Positions 10,209 through 19,997 are shown, counted from the first letter of the stretch. The stretch: 64,000 nucleotides of DNA from an uncultured virus (IMG/VR IMGVR_UViG_3300025276_000028) (IMGVR_UViG_3300025276_000028); one strand, 5' to 3'. Program-made: numbers and translations. The notes: generated from the sequence alone by a model not told the origin.

Positions 10209-10742
10209 ATGGCAGCTCTTAGTGTAGATGATTTTAAAGCTAAATTAAGTGGTGGTGGTGCTCGTCCAAACTTGTTCCGCGCTACTCTTAACTTCCCAGC
10301 AGGAATTGATGCAGGAGATTCTTCCAAAGCATCATTTATGTGTAAGGCAGCACAGTTACCCTCATCGGTAATTGCTCCTATCACAATTCCTTTCCGTGGA
10401 AGACAACTTCAAATTGCCGGGGATCGTACGTTCGAACCTTGGGGTTTGACCATTATAAATGATACTGACATGGCAGTACGTAATGCATTTGAAAAGTGGA
10501 TGAACAGTATCAACCATCACACAGATGGTGGTGGTGCTTCTAATCCAAATGAATATATATGTGATATGGCAATTGAGCAATTAGATAAAGCTGGTGAAGT
10601 AGTTAAGCGTTACGATTTCCGTGACGTATGGCCTACTAACTTATCAGCCATTGAGTTATCATATGACTCGACTGATACAATTGAAGAATTCACAGTTGAA
10701 TTGCAGCTTTCTTATTGGGAAGCAGCGGGTATTACTACTTAG
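10209..10742 (+). CDS. gp19: Tail tube protein gp19
   Basis: GGGARPNLF, PFRGR...IAGDRTF.PW, WPTN.S.I.LSYD. Confidence 0.95.
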   Translation: MAALSVDDFKAKLSGGGARPNLFRATLNFPAGIDAGDSSKASFMCKAAQLPSSVIAPITIPFRGRQLQIAGDRTFEPWGLTIINDTDMAVRNAFEKWMNSINHHTDGGGASNPNEYICDMAIEQLDKAGEVVKRYDFRDVWPTNLSAIELSYDSTDTIEEFTVELQLSYWEAAGITT

Positions 10743-10750
10743 TATAAATA
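10743..10750 (+). promoter_or_regulatory. T4-type late promoter
   Basis: TATAAATA upstream of gp20, followed by hairpin GGGCAC-ACGTT-GTGCCC. Confidence 0.75.
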
Positions 10751-10798
10751 CTGATATAAGGGGCACACGTTGTGCCCTAATTTTACATAGGTGCTAAC

Positions 10799-12301
10799 AT
10801 GGCTGAATTATTTGGATTTGAACTATCCAGAAAAACTGACAAGAAGAATAATCTTCCTACTTCGTTTGTCGCTCCCGAAGATGACGCGGGTTCTACAAGT
10901 ATATCTGGTGGTGGCCATTACGGACAGTATATTGATCTAGATGGTAATGACTCAAAGAATAATAACGATCTTATTTTAAAGTATCGTAATATGGCAGGTA
11001 TTACTGAATGTGATGCAGCGGTAGAAGATATTATTAATGAAGCTATTATTACAGATGACAACAATTCTCCGTTATCAGTTGACGTAGGTGATATTGAAAC
11101 CTCTGATGCTGTTAAAGAAACGATTAGAACCGAATTTGATACTATAATCAAACTTACTAAGATTAAGACACGTGGACACGATTTGTTCAGGAAGTGGTAT
11201 ATTGACGGACGCGTTTATCATCATATTATTATAGATCAAAAACGTCCTAACTTAGGCATTCAAGAAATACGATACATTGATCCTACGTTAATTCGTAAGG
11301 TTAAAGAGATTGAAAAGGATAAGATCCAAGGTCAGACTGCTGATATTATTAAGAGTATTAAAGAATACTACTTGTATCAATCAACTAATATGGCAAACAA
11401 GTCTGAGGCAATTAAAATCCATCCAGACTCTATATCCCATGTTACGTCAGGCTTGATGGACCCAGAAAGAAAGCGTGTGATCTCATACATGCATAAAGCA
11501 CTTAAACCTGCTAACCAGTTAAAACTAATGGAAGATTCATTAGTCATATACAGAGTTGCGAGAGCACCTGAAAGGCGAATCTTCTATATTGATGTCGGTA
11601 ACTTACCTAAGACTAAGGCCGAAGCATACCTAAAAGGTATCATGGACAAATACCGTAACAAGATGGTATATGATGCTTCTACAGGTGAAGTAAAAGATTC
11701 AAAGAAACATATGTCTGCACTTGAAGACTTTTGGTTACCTCGTCGTGAAGGCGGTCGTGGTACAGAGATTACTTCATTGCCAGGCGGTCAGAGTCTAGGC
11801 GAGATTGATGATATTGTATACTTCCAAAAGAAGTTATATAAATCTCTAAACGTACCTGTCTCAAGGTTAGATCAAGAGTCTACGTTCTCTGTAGGTAGAT
11901 CTACTGAGATTACCCGCGATGAGGTTAAGTTCTCTAAGTTTATTAGTAAGCTAAGAAGCAAGTTCTCAGAAATATTCTTGGGTATGTTACGTACACAGCT
12001 TTTATTAAAGAAGGTTATTTCATCTGATGACTGGGAAAATATTAAAGACGATATTAATATCATATTCCAATCTAACGTTCACTTTGCTGAATTAAAAGAT
12101 GCTGAAATACTACGTGAGAGAGTTGAAACCCTTGGTATTATGGAAGAGCATATTGGAACATATTACTCACGAGAGTGGGTTCGTAAAAACATTCTAATGC
12201 AGACTGAAGATGAGATTAAGGATATCGATGCTCAGATTGCCAAAGAAATAGATTCTGGCGATATTGATGATCCAGATGATGATATGGATGATGAAGACTA
12301 A
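10799..12301 (+). CDS. gp20: Portal protein gp20
   Basis: RAPERRIFYIDVGNLPK.KAE.Y, EDFWLPRREGGRGTEI..LPGGQ, EITRDEVKF. Confidence 0.97.
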   Translation: MAELFGFELSRKTDKKNNLPTSFVAPEDDAGSTSISGGGHYGQYIDLDGNDSKNNNDLILKYRNMAGITECDAAVEDIINEAIITDDNNSPLSVDVGDIETSDAVKETIRTEFDTIIKLTKIKTRGHDLFRKWYIDGRVYHHIIIDQKRPNLGIQEIRYIDPTLIRKVKEIEKDKIQGQTADIIKSIKEYYLYQSTNMANKSEAIKIHPDSISHVTSGLMDPERKRVISYMHKALKPANQLKLMEDSLVIYRVARAPERRIFYIDVGNLPKTKAEAYLKGIMDKYRNKMVYDASTGEVKDSKKHMSALEDFWLPRREGGRGTEITSLPGGQSLGEIDDIVYFQKKLYKSLNVPVSRLDQESTFSVGRSTEITRDEVKFSKFISKLRSKFSEIFLGMLRTQLLLKKVISSDDWENIKDDINIIFQSNVHFAELKDAEILRERVETLGIMEEHIGTYYSREWVRKNILMQTEDEIKDIDAQIAKEIDSGDIDDPDDDMDDED

Positions 12302-12335
12302 TAACAAAACGTTATAAGCTTAAAACTGAAAATTA

Positions 12336-12343
12336 TATAAATA
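12336..12343 (+). promoter_or_regulatory. T4-type late promoter
   Basis: TATAAATA upstream of prohead core genes. Confidence 0.75.
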
Positions 12344-12354
12344 TACTAAAGGTT

Positions 12355-12591
12355 ATGAACATGACAGACATTGATAAATTGATTGACGCTATTTCTTCTG
12401 ACAGAAAAGGTGATTCAAAAGAAATTTTTACTGATATTATTGGCGGTAAGCTTACTAATGCTATAGATGCAAAACGTATAGATATAGCTACAAACATGTA
12501 TGGTACAGATAAGGAAGATATCGAAGATGAAAACATTCAAGACTTTGAAGATGAGTCTGCAGGAACTGAAGAAGAGCTTCAAGACTCCTAA
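12355..12591 (+). CDS. Prohead core protein (gp67 position)
   Basis: Small protein with acidic tail between gp20 and gp21. Confidence 0.6.
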   Translation: MNMTDIDKLIDAISSDRKGDSKEIFTDIIGGKLTNAIDAKRIDIATNMYGTDKEDIEDENIQDFEDESAGTEEELQDS

Positions 12592-12772
12592 AGGCGAGAC
12601 GCTTATTACTTCTTTTGATGTAGGCAAAAAGCCAAATACTATTGATGCTCACGTTACTAAGAAAGGTAATGTGTTTACTGCATACCTTGATGGTGATAAG
12701 TTAGACACTTATACATCAGAAAAAGCTGCGGTTAAAGCAGCAAAAGAACTTTCTAATTTAATGGGTGATTAA
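12527..12772 (+). CDS. Small prohead / internal head protein (gp68 position)
   Basis: MKTFK..L.E N-terminus resembles the T4 capsid-targeting sequence; synteny. Confidence 0.5.
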   Translation: MKTFKTLKMSLQELKKSFKTPKGETLITSFDVGKKPNTIDAHVTKKGNVFTAYLDGDKLDTYTSEKAAVKAAKELSNLMGD

Positions 12773-12776
12773 TACT

Positions 12777-13424
12777 ATGAAGTTAATTACCGAATATACA
12801 GAAAATAATCTAACCTCTATGACTGAAGAAGTTGATGGAGAAAAGAAAGTATATATAGAAGGTATATTTATGCAAGCCGAGAAGAAAAATCGGAATGGCA
12901 GAATATACGAAAGACGAATTTTATTACCTGCTGTTGAACGTTATGTCAACGAGCAAGTAATCACAGGTCGTGCTGTTGGTGAGTTAAATCATCCTGAAGG
13001 TCCAACGGTTAACCTGGATAAAGTTTCACATAGAATCACAAATCTCCAATGGGAAGGAAATGATTGTATAGGAAAAGCACTTATACTTAATACTCCTATG
13101 GGCCAGATCGTAAAAGGTCTTGTCGAAGGTGGTGTTAAATTGGGTGTCTCAAGTCGTGGTATGGGTAGTCTTGTATCAAAAGGTGGACATAATTATGTCG
13201 CAGAGGATTATATCCTCAACACTGTCGACATTGTTCAAGATCCATCAGCACATGATGCGTTTGTTAACGGAATCATGGAAGGCGCTGATTGGTGTTGGAA
13301 CAATGGAGTATTGGTTCAGGAAGTTGAGAAAATCGAGACTGAAGTTAAGCAAGCATCTACATCGGATCTAAGATCCGGCAATGTTCAGATGAAAGCTTTT
13401 AAAGACTTCCTCTCTAAACTTTAA
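12777..13424 (+). CDS. gp21: Prohead protease gp21
   Basis: IEGIFMQAE.KNRNGR.Y, GELNHP, LGVSSRGMGS, DIV.DPSA..AFV.GIME. Confidence 0.96.
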   Translation: MKLITEYTENNLTSMTEEVDGEKKVYIEGIFMQAEKKNRNGRIYERRILLPAVERYVNEQVITGRAVGELNHPEGPTVNLDKVSHRITNLQWEGNDCIGKALILNTPMGQIVKGLVEGGVKLGVSSRGMGSLVSKGGHNYVAEDYILNTVDIVQDPSAHDAFVNGIMEGADWCWNNGVLVQEVEKIETEVKQASTSDLRSGNVQMKAFKDFLSKL

Positions 13425-13442
13425 CAATATAGGAGTATTACT

Positions 13443-14306
13443 ATGTCAAAAGAAGATCTAGTACTAGAAGATCAGATCGAAGACATTACGAGTGCAGAAC
13501 TCCAAAATGATGAAGAGCTAGTTGAAGACGTTGAAGTAGACGAGGAAACTTTGGCTGAAGATAGTACTGAAGAGTCGGTAGCAGAATTTGATTTTGCTGA
13601 AGATTTAGATGCACTAACTGCCGAAGAAGCTACGTTATCTGAAGGTTTTAAAGGTAAAGCACAAATCATTTTCGAAGCTGCAATTAAATCAAAAATGTCT
13701 AGCGAAATCGATCGTTTAGAAGAGTCATATGGCGAGAAATTAGCCGAAGAGACTTCTACTATCCGTGAAGATCTAACTAGCAAGATTAATGACTACCTAA
13801 CGTATGTCGTTGAAAATTGGATGGAAGATAACAAGTTGGCTGTTGAACAAGGTATTCGTACTGAAATCGCAGAAAACTTTATGTCAGCTCTCCAGACTAC
13901 ATTCAAAGAACATTATATTGAAGTGCCAGCTGGCAAAGAAGATATGTTTGATGAGATCGTTAATAAGGCAGATGACCTTGAAGAGCAGCTTTCTGAAGCT
14001 ATCGACAAGTCAATTGAACTTAAGAAAGCTAATGTGGAATTGGAACGTGCTGCAAAGTTCACCGATATCTCTGAAGGCCTTACAATTAACGATACAGAAA
14101 AACTTCGTGACCTGACTAAGGACATCGATTTTGATTCGGTTGAGCAATTTGCTGAGAAAGTTTCTACTATTAAAGAAGCCTATTTCAAAGAAGCTAAGCT
14201 TGAAGTTATGACAGACAGTGTAGAAGATATTATTGATGAGACTGAAGAAGTCGAAATCTCTGTATCAATGCAGCGTTATGTTAATGCAATGAAACAATCA
14301 CAATAA
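13443..14306 (+). CDS. gp22: Prohead core scaffold gp22
   Basis: Acidic coiled coil; LSE.FK.KA..IFEAA, YL.YVVE.WM..N..A.E.GIR.EI.E.F. Confidence 0.92.
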   Translation: MSKEDLVLEDQIEDITSAELQNDEELVEDVEVDEETLAEDSTEESVAEFDFAEDLDALTAEEATLSEGFKGKAQIIFEAAIKSKMSSEIDRLEESYGEKLAEETSTIREDLTSKINDYLTYVVENWMEDNKLAVEQGIRTEIAENFMSALQTTFKEHYIEVPAGKEDMFDEIVNKADDLEEQLSEAIDKSIELKKANVELERAAKFTDISEGLTINDTEKLRDLTKDIDFDSVEQFAEKVSTIKEAYFKEAKLEVMTDSVEDIIDETEEVEISVSMQRYVNAMKQSQ

Positions 14307-14329
14307 GACACAGTCTAGAGGAATATTCA

Positions 14330-15520
14330 ATGACTACTTTACAAGAAAAATGGGCACCTGTCCTAAACAGCGAAGAAGCTGGTAAAATTGGCGATAGCCA
14401 CAAGCGTGCAGTTACTGCACAAATCTTAGAAAACCAAGAAAAGGCATTGGCTGAAGAGCGTTCTGCTACTTCTTTCGGTGGCGTAAACGAAGCTACTACC
14501 CTCGCGGCTGGTGTTGACAACTTTGATCCCGTATTGATCTCTTTAGTTCGTCGTGCAATGCCTAACCTAATGGCATTTGATGTTGCTGGCGTTCAGCCAA
14601 TGACTGGTCCTACTGGTTTGATCTTCGCAATGAAGTCACACTACACTAACCAAGCTGGTGCTGAGGCTCTTGGCCTTGCAGCTGCTGATACCGATTTCTC
14701 TGGTACTGGTTCTGATCCTGCTGGTGTTGGTATGTCTACTGCAGCTGGTGAAGCTATTACTCCTGCTGAAATGGCGTTCTCAATCGACAAGACTGCCGTA
14801 ACTGCTAAGACACGTGCTTTGGCCGCTTCTTACTCAATGGAACTTGCACAAGACCTTAAAGCTGTTCACGGCCTATCTGCTGAATCTGAACTTGCTAACA
14901 TCTTGAGCACAGAAATTCTTGCTGAAATGAACCGTGAGATGATCAATACTATTAACGTTGCTGCAACTCCTGGTACCATTGGTACTTTGGCTGCTACCGT
15001 TCGTACTATCGATGCTACTGCAACTTCTGGTGACTTAGATGGTCGTTGGAATGTTGAGCGTTTCAAGGCTTTACATCACATCATCGAGCGTGAAGCTAAC
15101 GGCATTGCAATCGCAACTCGTCGTGGTAAGGGTAACTTCCTAATCTGTTCAGCTGACGTTGCTTCTTCTTTAGCAGCTGCTGGTACTTTGGATTACACTC
15201 CTGCTTTGCAAGCTAATCTAAACGTTGATGCTGCTGGCAATACATTTGCTGGTGTTATCGGTGGTAAGATGAAGGTTTATGTTGATCCATATGCTGCTGC
15301 AGACTATATCACTGTTGGTTATAAGGGTTCAAACGCTTATGACGCTGGTATCTTCTACTGCCCATACGTTCCATTGACCATGATGCGTGCATCAGACGCG
15401 GCTACATTCCAACCTAAGATTGGATTCAAGTCACGTTACGGAATGGTTGCTAACCCATTCACTAGCTTAACTGCTAACTTGAATACTTATTACAGAACTT
15501 CTTTGGTAAGTAACCTGTAA
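14330..15520 (+). CDS. gp23: Major capsid protein gp23
   Basis: KWAPVL, LISLVRRAMPNL.AFDV.GVQPMTGPTGLIFAM, ELAQDLKAVHG, YCPYVPL, FQPKIGFKSRYG. Confidence 0.98.
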   Translation: MTTLQEKWAPVLNSEEAGKIGDSHKRAVTAQILENQEKALAEERSATSFGGVNEATTLAAGVDNFDPVLISLVRRAMPNLMAFDVAGVQPMTGPTGLIFAMKSHYTNQAGAEALGLAAADTDFSGTGSDPAGVGMSTAAGEAITPAEMAFSIDKTAVTAKTRALAASYSMELAQDLKAVHGLSAESELANILSTEILAEMNREMINTINVAATPGTIGTLAATVRTIDATATSGDLDGRWNVERFKALHHIIEREANGIAIATRRGKGNFLICSADVASSLAAAGTLDYTPALQANLNVDAAGNTFAGVIGGKMKVYVDPYAAADYITVGYKGSNAYDAGIFYCPYVPLTMMRASDAATFQPKIGFKSRYGMVANPFTSLTANLNTYYRTSLVSNL

Positions 15521-15575
15521 TCATTTAGTTCAAACAGTGCTAATATAATAATAATAATTATAATTTAGCATTTTT

Positions 15576-15602
15576 AAGGGAGTCGAAAGGCTCCCTTTTT
15601 TT
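15576..15602 (+). terminator. Rho-independent terminator after gp23
   Basis: AAGGGAGTC-GAAA-GGCTCCCTTTTTTT. Confidence 0.88.
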
Positions 15603-15607
15603 ATGCG

Positions 15608-15615
15608 TATAAATA
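15608..15615 (+). promoter_or_regulatory. T4-type late promoter
   Basis: TATAAATA upstream of gp3. Confidence 0.8.
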
Positions 15616-15635
15616 GTGGTATAGGAGAACGTAAT

Positions 15636-16094
15636 ATGGCAACACTAACGACGAATAAAAACTATTTAAATCCAATAGGATTTAAGCTAGTTATAGATAG
15701 TACACGATATGCCAACACAGAGTATTTTTGCACTGCGGTGAATCATCCGGATGTATTCGTTGGTGAAGGCACATTAAACATTCCAGGTCTTAACAGTTTT
15801 ATACCAGGTGATACGGTAAGTTATGGCACATTAACAGTATCAATTATAATCGACGAAAATATGACTTCATATATTGAAATGGTCGAGTGGCTGAAAAGTG
15901 TGGTGCAATCACAAAAATCGGTAACAGAGGATATATCCTTGCAGGTGCTTTCGTCACATAGTAATGTAGTGAAGACTATAAGGTATAAGGATGCATTTCC
16001 TACAAACATTGCTCAGTTAGCATTCACTTCACAGTCAGAAGAATACCTAACCTTTGATGTTTCTTTTAGATACTCAGAGTTCCTTTTCGAATAA
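15636..16094 (+). CDS. gp3: Tail tube terminator / completion protein gp3
   Basis: N.NYL.P.GFK, PGD...YG.L....IIDE.M..Y.E...W, DAFPT; AGGAG RBS; synteny after gp23. Confidence 0.8.
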   Translation: MATLTTNKNYLNPIGFKLVIDSTRYANTEYFCTAVNHPDVFVGEGTLNIPGLNSFIPGDTVSYGTLTVSIIIDENMTSYIEMVEWLKSVVQSQKSVTEDISLQVLSSHSNVVKTIRYKDAFPTNIAQLAFTSQSEEYLTFDVSFRYSEFLFE

Positions 16095-16112
16095 ATTAGA
16101 GAAAATTATATA

Positions 16113-16556
16113 ATGAATTTAGATGATGTTTTAAGTGAATGGACAACAGACTCAGAAATTAACGAGATGGCATTAGATGATGCGTCTCGTGATTCCGCTA
16201 AGCTGCACTCAAAGTACTTGTCCAAGTACATGACAGCTAAGCTGCATTTAAAAAGCAAAGAGCAATCCCTACAATCTTTACTCAAGTTGAAGTGGCTATA
16301 CTACAACGGCAAAATGACCGCCGCACAAATTGAAGCCGAAGGTTGGGAATATGATCCGTTCCATGGTATGAAAGTACTGAAGGGAGATATGGATTACTAT
16401 TATAATGCCGATGAAGATATTCAAAAAGTTACTATGCAAATAGAATATCGCAAAGCATTAGTAGATACATTAAAGGAGATCATGAGTAATATTCAATGGA
16501 GACACCAGAATATTGGCAATATGATCAAATGGAGACAATTCGTTAGCGGAGCCTAA
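16113..16556 (+). CDS. uvsY: Recombination mediator UvsY
   Basis: W..DS.I, KLHSKYL, W.YY.GK, I.N.I.WRQF..G. Confidence 0.9.
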   Translation: MNLDDVLSEWTTDSEINEMALDDASRDSAKLHSKYLSKYMTAKLHLKSKEQSLQSLLKLKWLYYNGKMTAAQIEAEGWEYDPFHGMKVLKGDMDYYYNADEDIQKVTMQIEYRKALVDTLKEIMSNIQWRHQNIGNMIKWRQFVSGA

Positions 16557-16557
16557 T

Positions 16558-18051
16558 ATGACATCAGACATAGTTATTAATAATAAGAATTACGTATACA
16601 TTAACATAGAATGTGATTATAGTATTGCCAATGAATTGGTAGATCATTTTACATTCTTTGTGCCTAACTATAAATTCACTCCAGCATATAAGAATAAAAT
16701 GTGGGATGGCAAGATCCGTTTATTTAACTCTAGAACAAGAGAGTTGTATGCAGGTCTATATGAGTATGTTCTAGAATTTGCAGCTGCTCGTAGTTACACT
16801 GTTGAATGTATTGATTCGGATTATTATGGTCGACCTGATTCATATGAGAATATACCTGTTGATGAGTGTATCGAATACGCACAGAGCTTAAACCTAAGGG
16901 CTGGTGTGAATCAAATTGTGGCAAGAGATTATCAGATCGCTGCATTCCAGCACGCATTGGAAAGAAAGAAGGCGCTGTTACTATCACCTACAGCATCAGG
17001 TAAATCGTTAATAATATACAAATTATTGCGTTGGTACATAGATAACCGTGATAAGAACATATTAATTATTGTACCTACAACATCTTTGGTAGAACAATTA
17101 GCGTCTGATTTCTCTGATTATAATGGTGAATATTATCCTTCACATAAGATATATTCAGGCAAAGAGAAAGAGAAGTTTTCTGAAAGAGTCGTAATAACAA
17201 CTTGGCAGTCAATATATAAGTTACGTGCAGGATGGTTTGAAGACTTTGGTATGGTTATTGGAGATGAGGCACATCAATTTAAAGCTAAATCACTTACTGC
17301 AATCATGACTAAACTCTATAATGCTGAGTATCGTATTGGCACAACGGGTACATTAGATGGCATGGAAACAAATGCGTTGACGCTTCAAGGTTTATTTGGA
17401 CCTATTAAGCAAGTTACCACTACTAAAAGCTTGATGGATAACGATGATATAGCTAAGCTTGACATTCAAATGCTTATCATGAAGTATGGAGAAGCTGAGT
17501 GTAAATCATTTGGTAAGAAGACTTATGCCGAAGAGATGGATTATATTGTTAGACATGAGAAGCGTAATAACTTTATTAAGAATCTTGCGATAGATCAGGA
17601 TGGTAATACATTAGTTCTATTTCAATATGTGGATAAGCATGGTAAGCCATTACATAAATTAATAGAACAAGCAGCGCATGAGAAGAGAATGATATTCTTT
17701 GTATCCGGTGCTACTGGTGTGGATGACCGTGAGGCCATAAGAGAAGTAACCGAGAAACAAAAGAATGCTATTATTGTTGCTTCATATGGTGTATTTTCTA
17801 CAGGTATAAATATACGTAACATCCATAATATTATATTTGCTTCTCCAAGTAAGAGTCAAATAAGAGTATTACAGAGTGTTGGACGTGGACTGCGTAAGTC
17901 AGATGACGGCACAGATACCTTTTTATTCGACGTAACTGATGATTTGCACTTTAAATCTAGAAAGAACTATACACTTAACCATGGTGCAGAGAGAGTTAAA
18001 ATGTATTCTAAAGAGAAGTTCAAATATCAAATATACGAAGTAAAGCTTTAG
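16558..18051 (+). CDS. uvsW: SF2 helicase UvsW
   Basis: WDGKIRLF, SPTASGKS, GDEAH, TTGT, FSTGINI, QSVGRGLR. Confidence 0.95.
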   Translation: MTSDIVINNKNYVYINIECDYSIANELVDHFTFFVPNYKFTPAYKNKMWDGKIRLFNSRTRELYAGLYEYVLEFAAARSYTVECIDSDYYGRPDSYENIPVDECIEYAQSLNLRAGVNQIVARDYQIAAFQHALERKKALLLSPTASGKSLIIYKLLRWYIDNRDKNILIIVPTTSLVEQLASDFSDYNGEYYPSHKIYSGKEKEKFSERVVITTWQSIYKLRAGWFEDFGMVIGDEAHQFKAKSLTAIMTKLYNAEYRIGTTGTLDGMETNALTLQGLFGPIKQVTTTKSLMDNDDIAKLDIQMLIMKYGEAECKSFGKKTYAEEMDYIVRHEKRNNFIKNLAIDQDGNTLVLFQYVDKHGKPLHKLIEQAAHEKRMIFFVSGATGVDDREAIREVTEKQKNAIIVASYGVFSTGINIRNIHNIIFASPSKSQIRVLQSVGRGLRKSDDGTDTFLFDVTDDLHFKSRKNYTLNHGAERVKMYSKEKFKYQIYEVKL

Positions 18052-18103
18052 CTTTTAAAGTACCACCAATATTGTATTCTACCCCTCAGCAGACTACAGT
18101 CTT

Positions 18104-18132
18104 ATTATATCACAGTTAGAGGGATCTGTACA
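18104..18132 (-). promoter_or_regulatory. Sigma70-like promoter pointing antisense into the uvsW 3' end
   Basis: Minus strand TGTACA-N17-TATAAT with extended -10 TG; no downstream minus-strand ORF. Confidence 0.7.
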
Positions 18133-18169
18133 CTACTATATGCGTATAGCCGCTATTCATTTCATGAAT

Positions 18170-18198
18170 TGTACAAATGAGGTTAAACGTGATATAAT
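18170..18198 (+). promoter_or_regulatory. Early/middle promoter for gp55
   Basis: TGTACA-N17-TATAAT. Confidence 0.75.
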
Positions 18199-18228
18199 AT
18201 ATTATATAATTAATAAAGAGATTAAATT

Positions 18229-18816
18229 ATGAAACCTAAAGAGAGAGAACATTACGTTAACAATAGGGAATTCTCAGAAGCTGTTGTGGCCTACGTTAAA
18301 ACCGTTAATGATGCCGAAGCTGCAGAAGAAGATTTTCCTAAGGTAACTGATTATATTGCGTCTTGCTTTATGAAGATTTCAGAGGGACTATCTCATAAAT
18401 CTAATTTCATTAGGTACTCCTATAGAGATGAGATGGTTATGGATGCAGTTGAAAACTGTCTAAAGGCAATTAAAAATTATAATATTGAAGCTGCTACCAG
18501 AACAGGTAAGCCTAATGCCTTTGCATACTTTACACAAATCTCTTGGTTTGCATTCTTACGTCGGATTGCTAAAGAAAAACGTCAGCATGACATTAAATTC
18601 AAATACATCGAAATGTCAGGATTTGATGAGTTTGTGACTGCGGACAATAATGGTGATTATGATACAGCATTTATTGAAGAGCTCAGGACTAATTACGATA
18701 AAATTAGAGAGAAAGAGACTAATAGTAAAGAGCCTGAACAGTTGCATGTTAAGCATAAAATATTGTCACAGGAGAAGAATCTTGGCAAGTTTATGGAAAA
18801 AGAATTAAACGAATAA
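18229..18816 (+). CDS. gp55: Late-transcription sigma factor gp55
   Basis: HYVNN.EF, I..GLSHK.NF..YSYR.EM..DA.ENC, NAFAYFTQI...AFLRRI.KEK. Confidence 0.95.
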   Translation: MKPKEREHYVNNREFSEAVVAYVKTVNDAEAAEEDFPKVTDYIASCFMKISEGLSHKSNFIRYSYRDEMVMDAVENCLKAIKNYNIEAATRTGKPNAFAYFTQISWFAFLRRIAKEKRQHDIKFKYIEMSGFDEFVTADNNGDYDTAFIEELRTNYDKIREKETNSKEPEQLHVKHKILSQEKNLGKFMEKELNE

Positions 18817-18831
18817 ACGTTGGAGAAGACC

Positions 18832-19932
18832 ATGGCATCACGCAGTCATAAAGATTGGTTATCAGAACCATCAGTTGAGCATATTAGTAGCGAATGTTAT
18901 AGTAGTCAGGAAATTTACGAAGCAGAAATTAAAGAGATATTTGCTAAAGTTTGGATCCCTATCATTCATAAGAGTGAGATAAAGAATAAGGGTGACTACA
19001 GAACATCACAAATTGCGTTTAAAAATATTATTATCATAAATCTTGGTGAGCGCATTGGATGTTATATTAATCCTGGAATTACCGGTGTATCTGGTAATAT
19101 TTCACATGGTCATACACATTTAGAAGAAGTCATTAAAACTAGTAGGGAACTTCATTCAGAAGTAAAGTACGGCGGTATGGTGTGGACAACACTAAACACA
19201 AACCCAACTATGGACGTAGAGCAATGGACAGACGGATCTTTCGACTGTATTGCTACAGCAATTGACACAGAAGAACTAGAGGTATTTCACTATCATAAAG
19301 CAATTATTCCAACAAACTATAAGCTATGGCATGATACTAATAGTGAGTTTTACCATGACTATTTGCATTACTTCAATCGCATTACTGGCTTTAACGATGA
19401 TTACTTTGCCCGTCCTTGTACAGGATTTGATAACGGACATGTAAACGTAGGTAGCTTTGAAGTACAGTATGATAAGTTTGAAGGTGCAGGAGATCGTGGC
19501 GCATTAAGTTTTCCTGGCGTTCCTCCTAATCAATGGTATATGGTAGACTTGTTTCCAGGATATAACTTTAATCTTCGAGGCTCTGCATACCGCACAGATA
19601 GTATTACACCATTAGGACCAGATAGCGTATTAATTGAGTTCCGTGGATATGGCCTATTAAGTGATTCTGCTGAAGATCGCAAGAAGCGTATAGATCATCA
19701 TAATACTATATGGGGACCATTCGGACGTAACTTGCACGAAGACTTATTAGCAGTTACAGGTCAAGGTGTAGCAATGGCTCCTGGTACTGAACGAAGGAAT
19801 ATACTGCACGGCAGACATGAAAATAATACTATTCACGACGAAGTTGGTATGCGTCACTTCTATGCAGAATGGGGAAAGTACTTAAACGTAGATCCAGCTA
19901 ATCCTTTGAAAAAAGAAGCCGTTTATGCGTAA
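18832..19932 (+). CDS. Ring-hydroxylating (Rieske) oxygenase alpha-subunit homologue lacking the Rieske cluster motif
   Basis: Y.S.EIY..E...IF.KVW....H.SEI...GDY.T N-terminus; NYKLW.....EFYH...H and ED motifs; DE.G.RHFY C-terminus; no CxH..CxxH. Confidence 0.75.
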   Translation: MASRSHKDWLSEPSVEHISSECYSSQEIYEAEIKEIFAKVWIPIIHKSEIKNKGDYRTSQIAFKNIIIINLGERIGCYINPGITGVSGNISHGHTHLEEVIKTSRELHSEVKYGGMVWTTLNTNPTMDVEQWTDGSFDCIATAIDTEELEVFHYHKAIIPTNYKLWHDTNSEFYHDYLHYFNRITGFNDDYFARPCTGFDNGHVNVGSFEVQYDKFEGAGDRGALSFPGVPPNQWYMVDLFPGYNFNLRGSAYRTDSITPLGPDSVLIEFRGYGLLSDSAEDRKKRIDHHNTIWGPFGRNLHEDLLAVTGQGVAMAPGTERRNILHGRHENNTIHDEVGMRHFYAEWGKYLNVDPANPLKKEAVYA

Positions 19933-19939
19933 ATAGTTG

Positions 19940-19968
19940 TGTACAAATTGACTGTACTATGTTATAAT
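19940..19968 (+). promoter_or_regulatory. Early/middle promoter for gp47
   Basis: TGTACA-N17-TATAAT. Confidence 0.75.
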
Positions 19969-19997
19969 GGTACATACTATATTGATGAGGTTATAAG

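Noticed and set aside
15536..15572. (AAT)n tract within a weak hairpin after gp23
   Set aside because: Low-complexity AT-rich spacer next to a clear terminator
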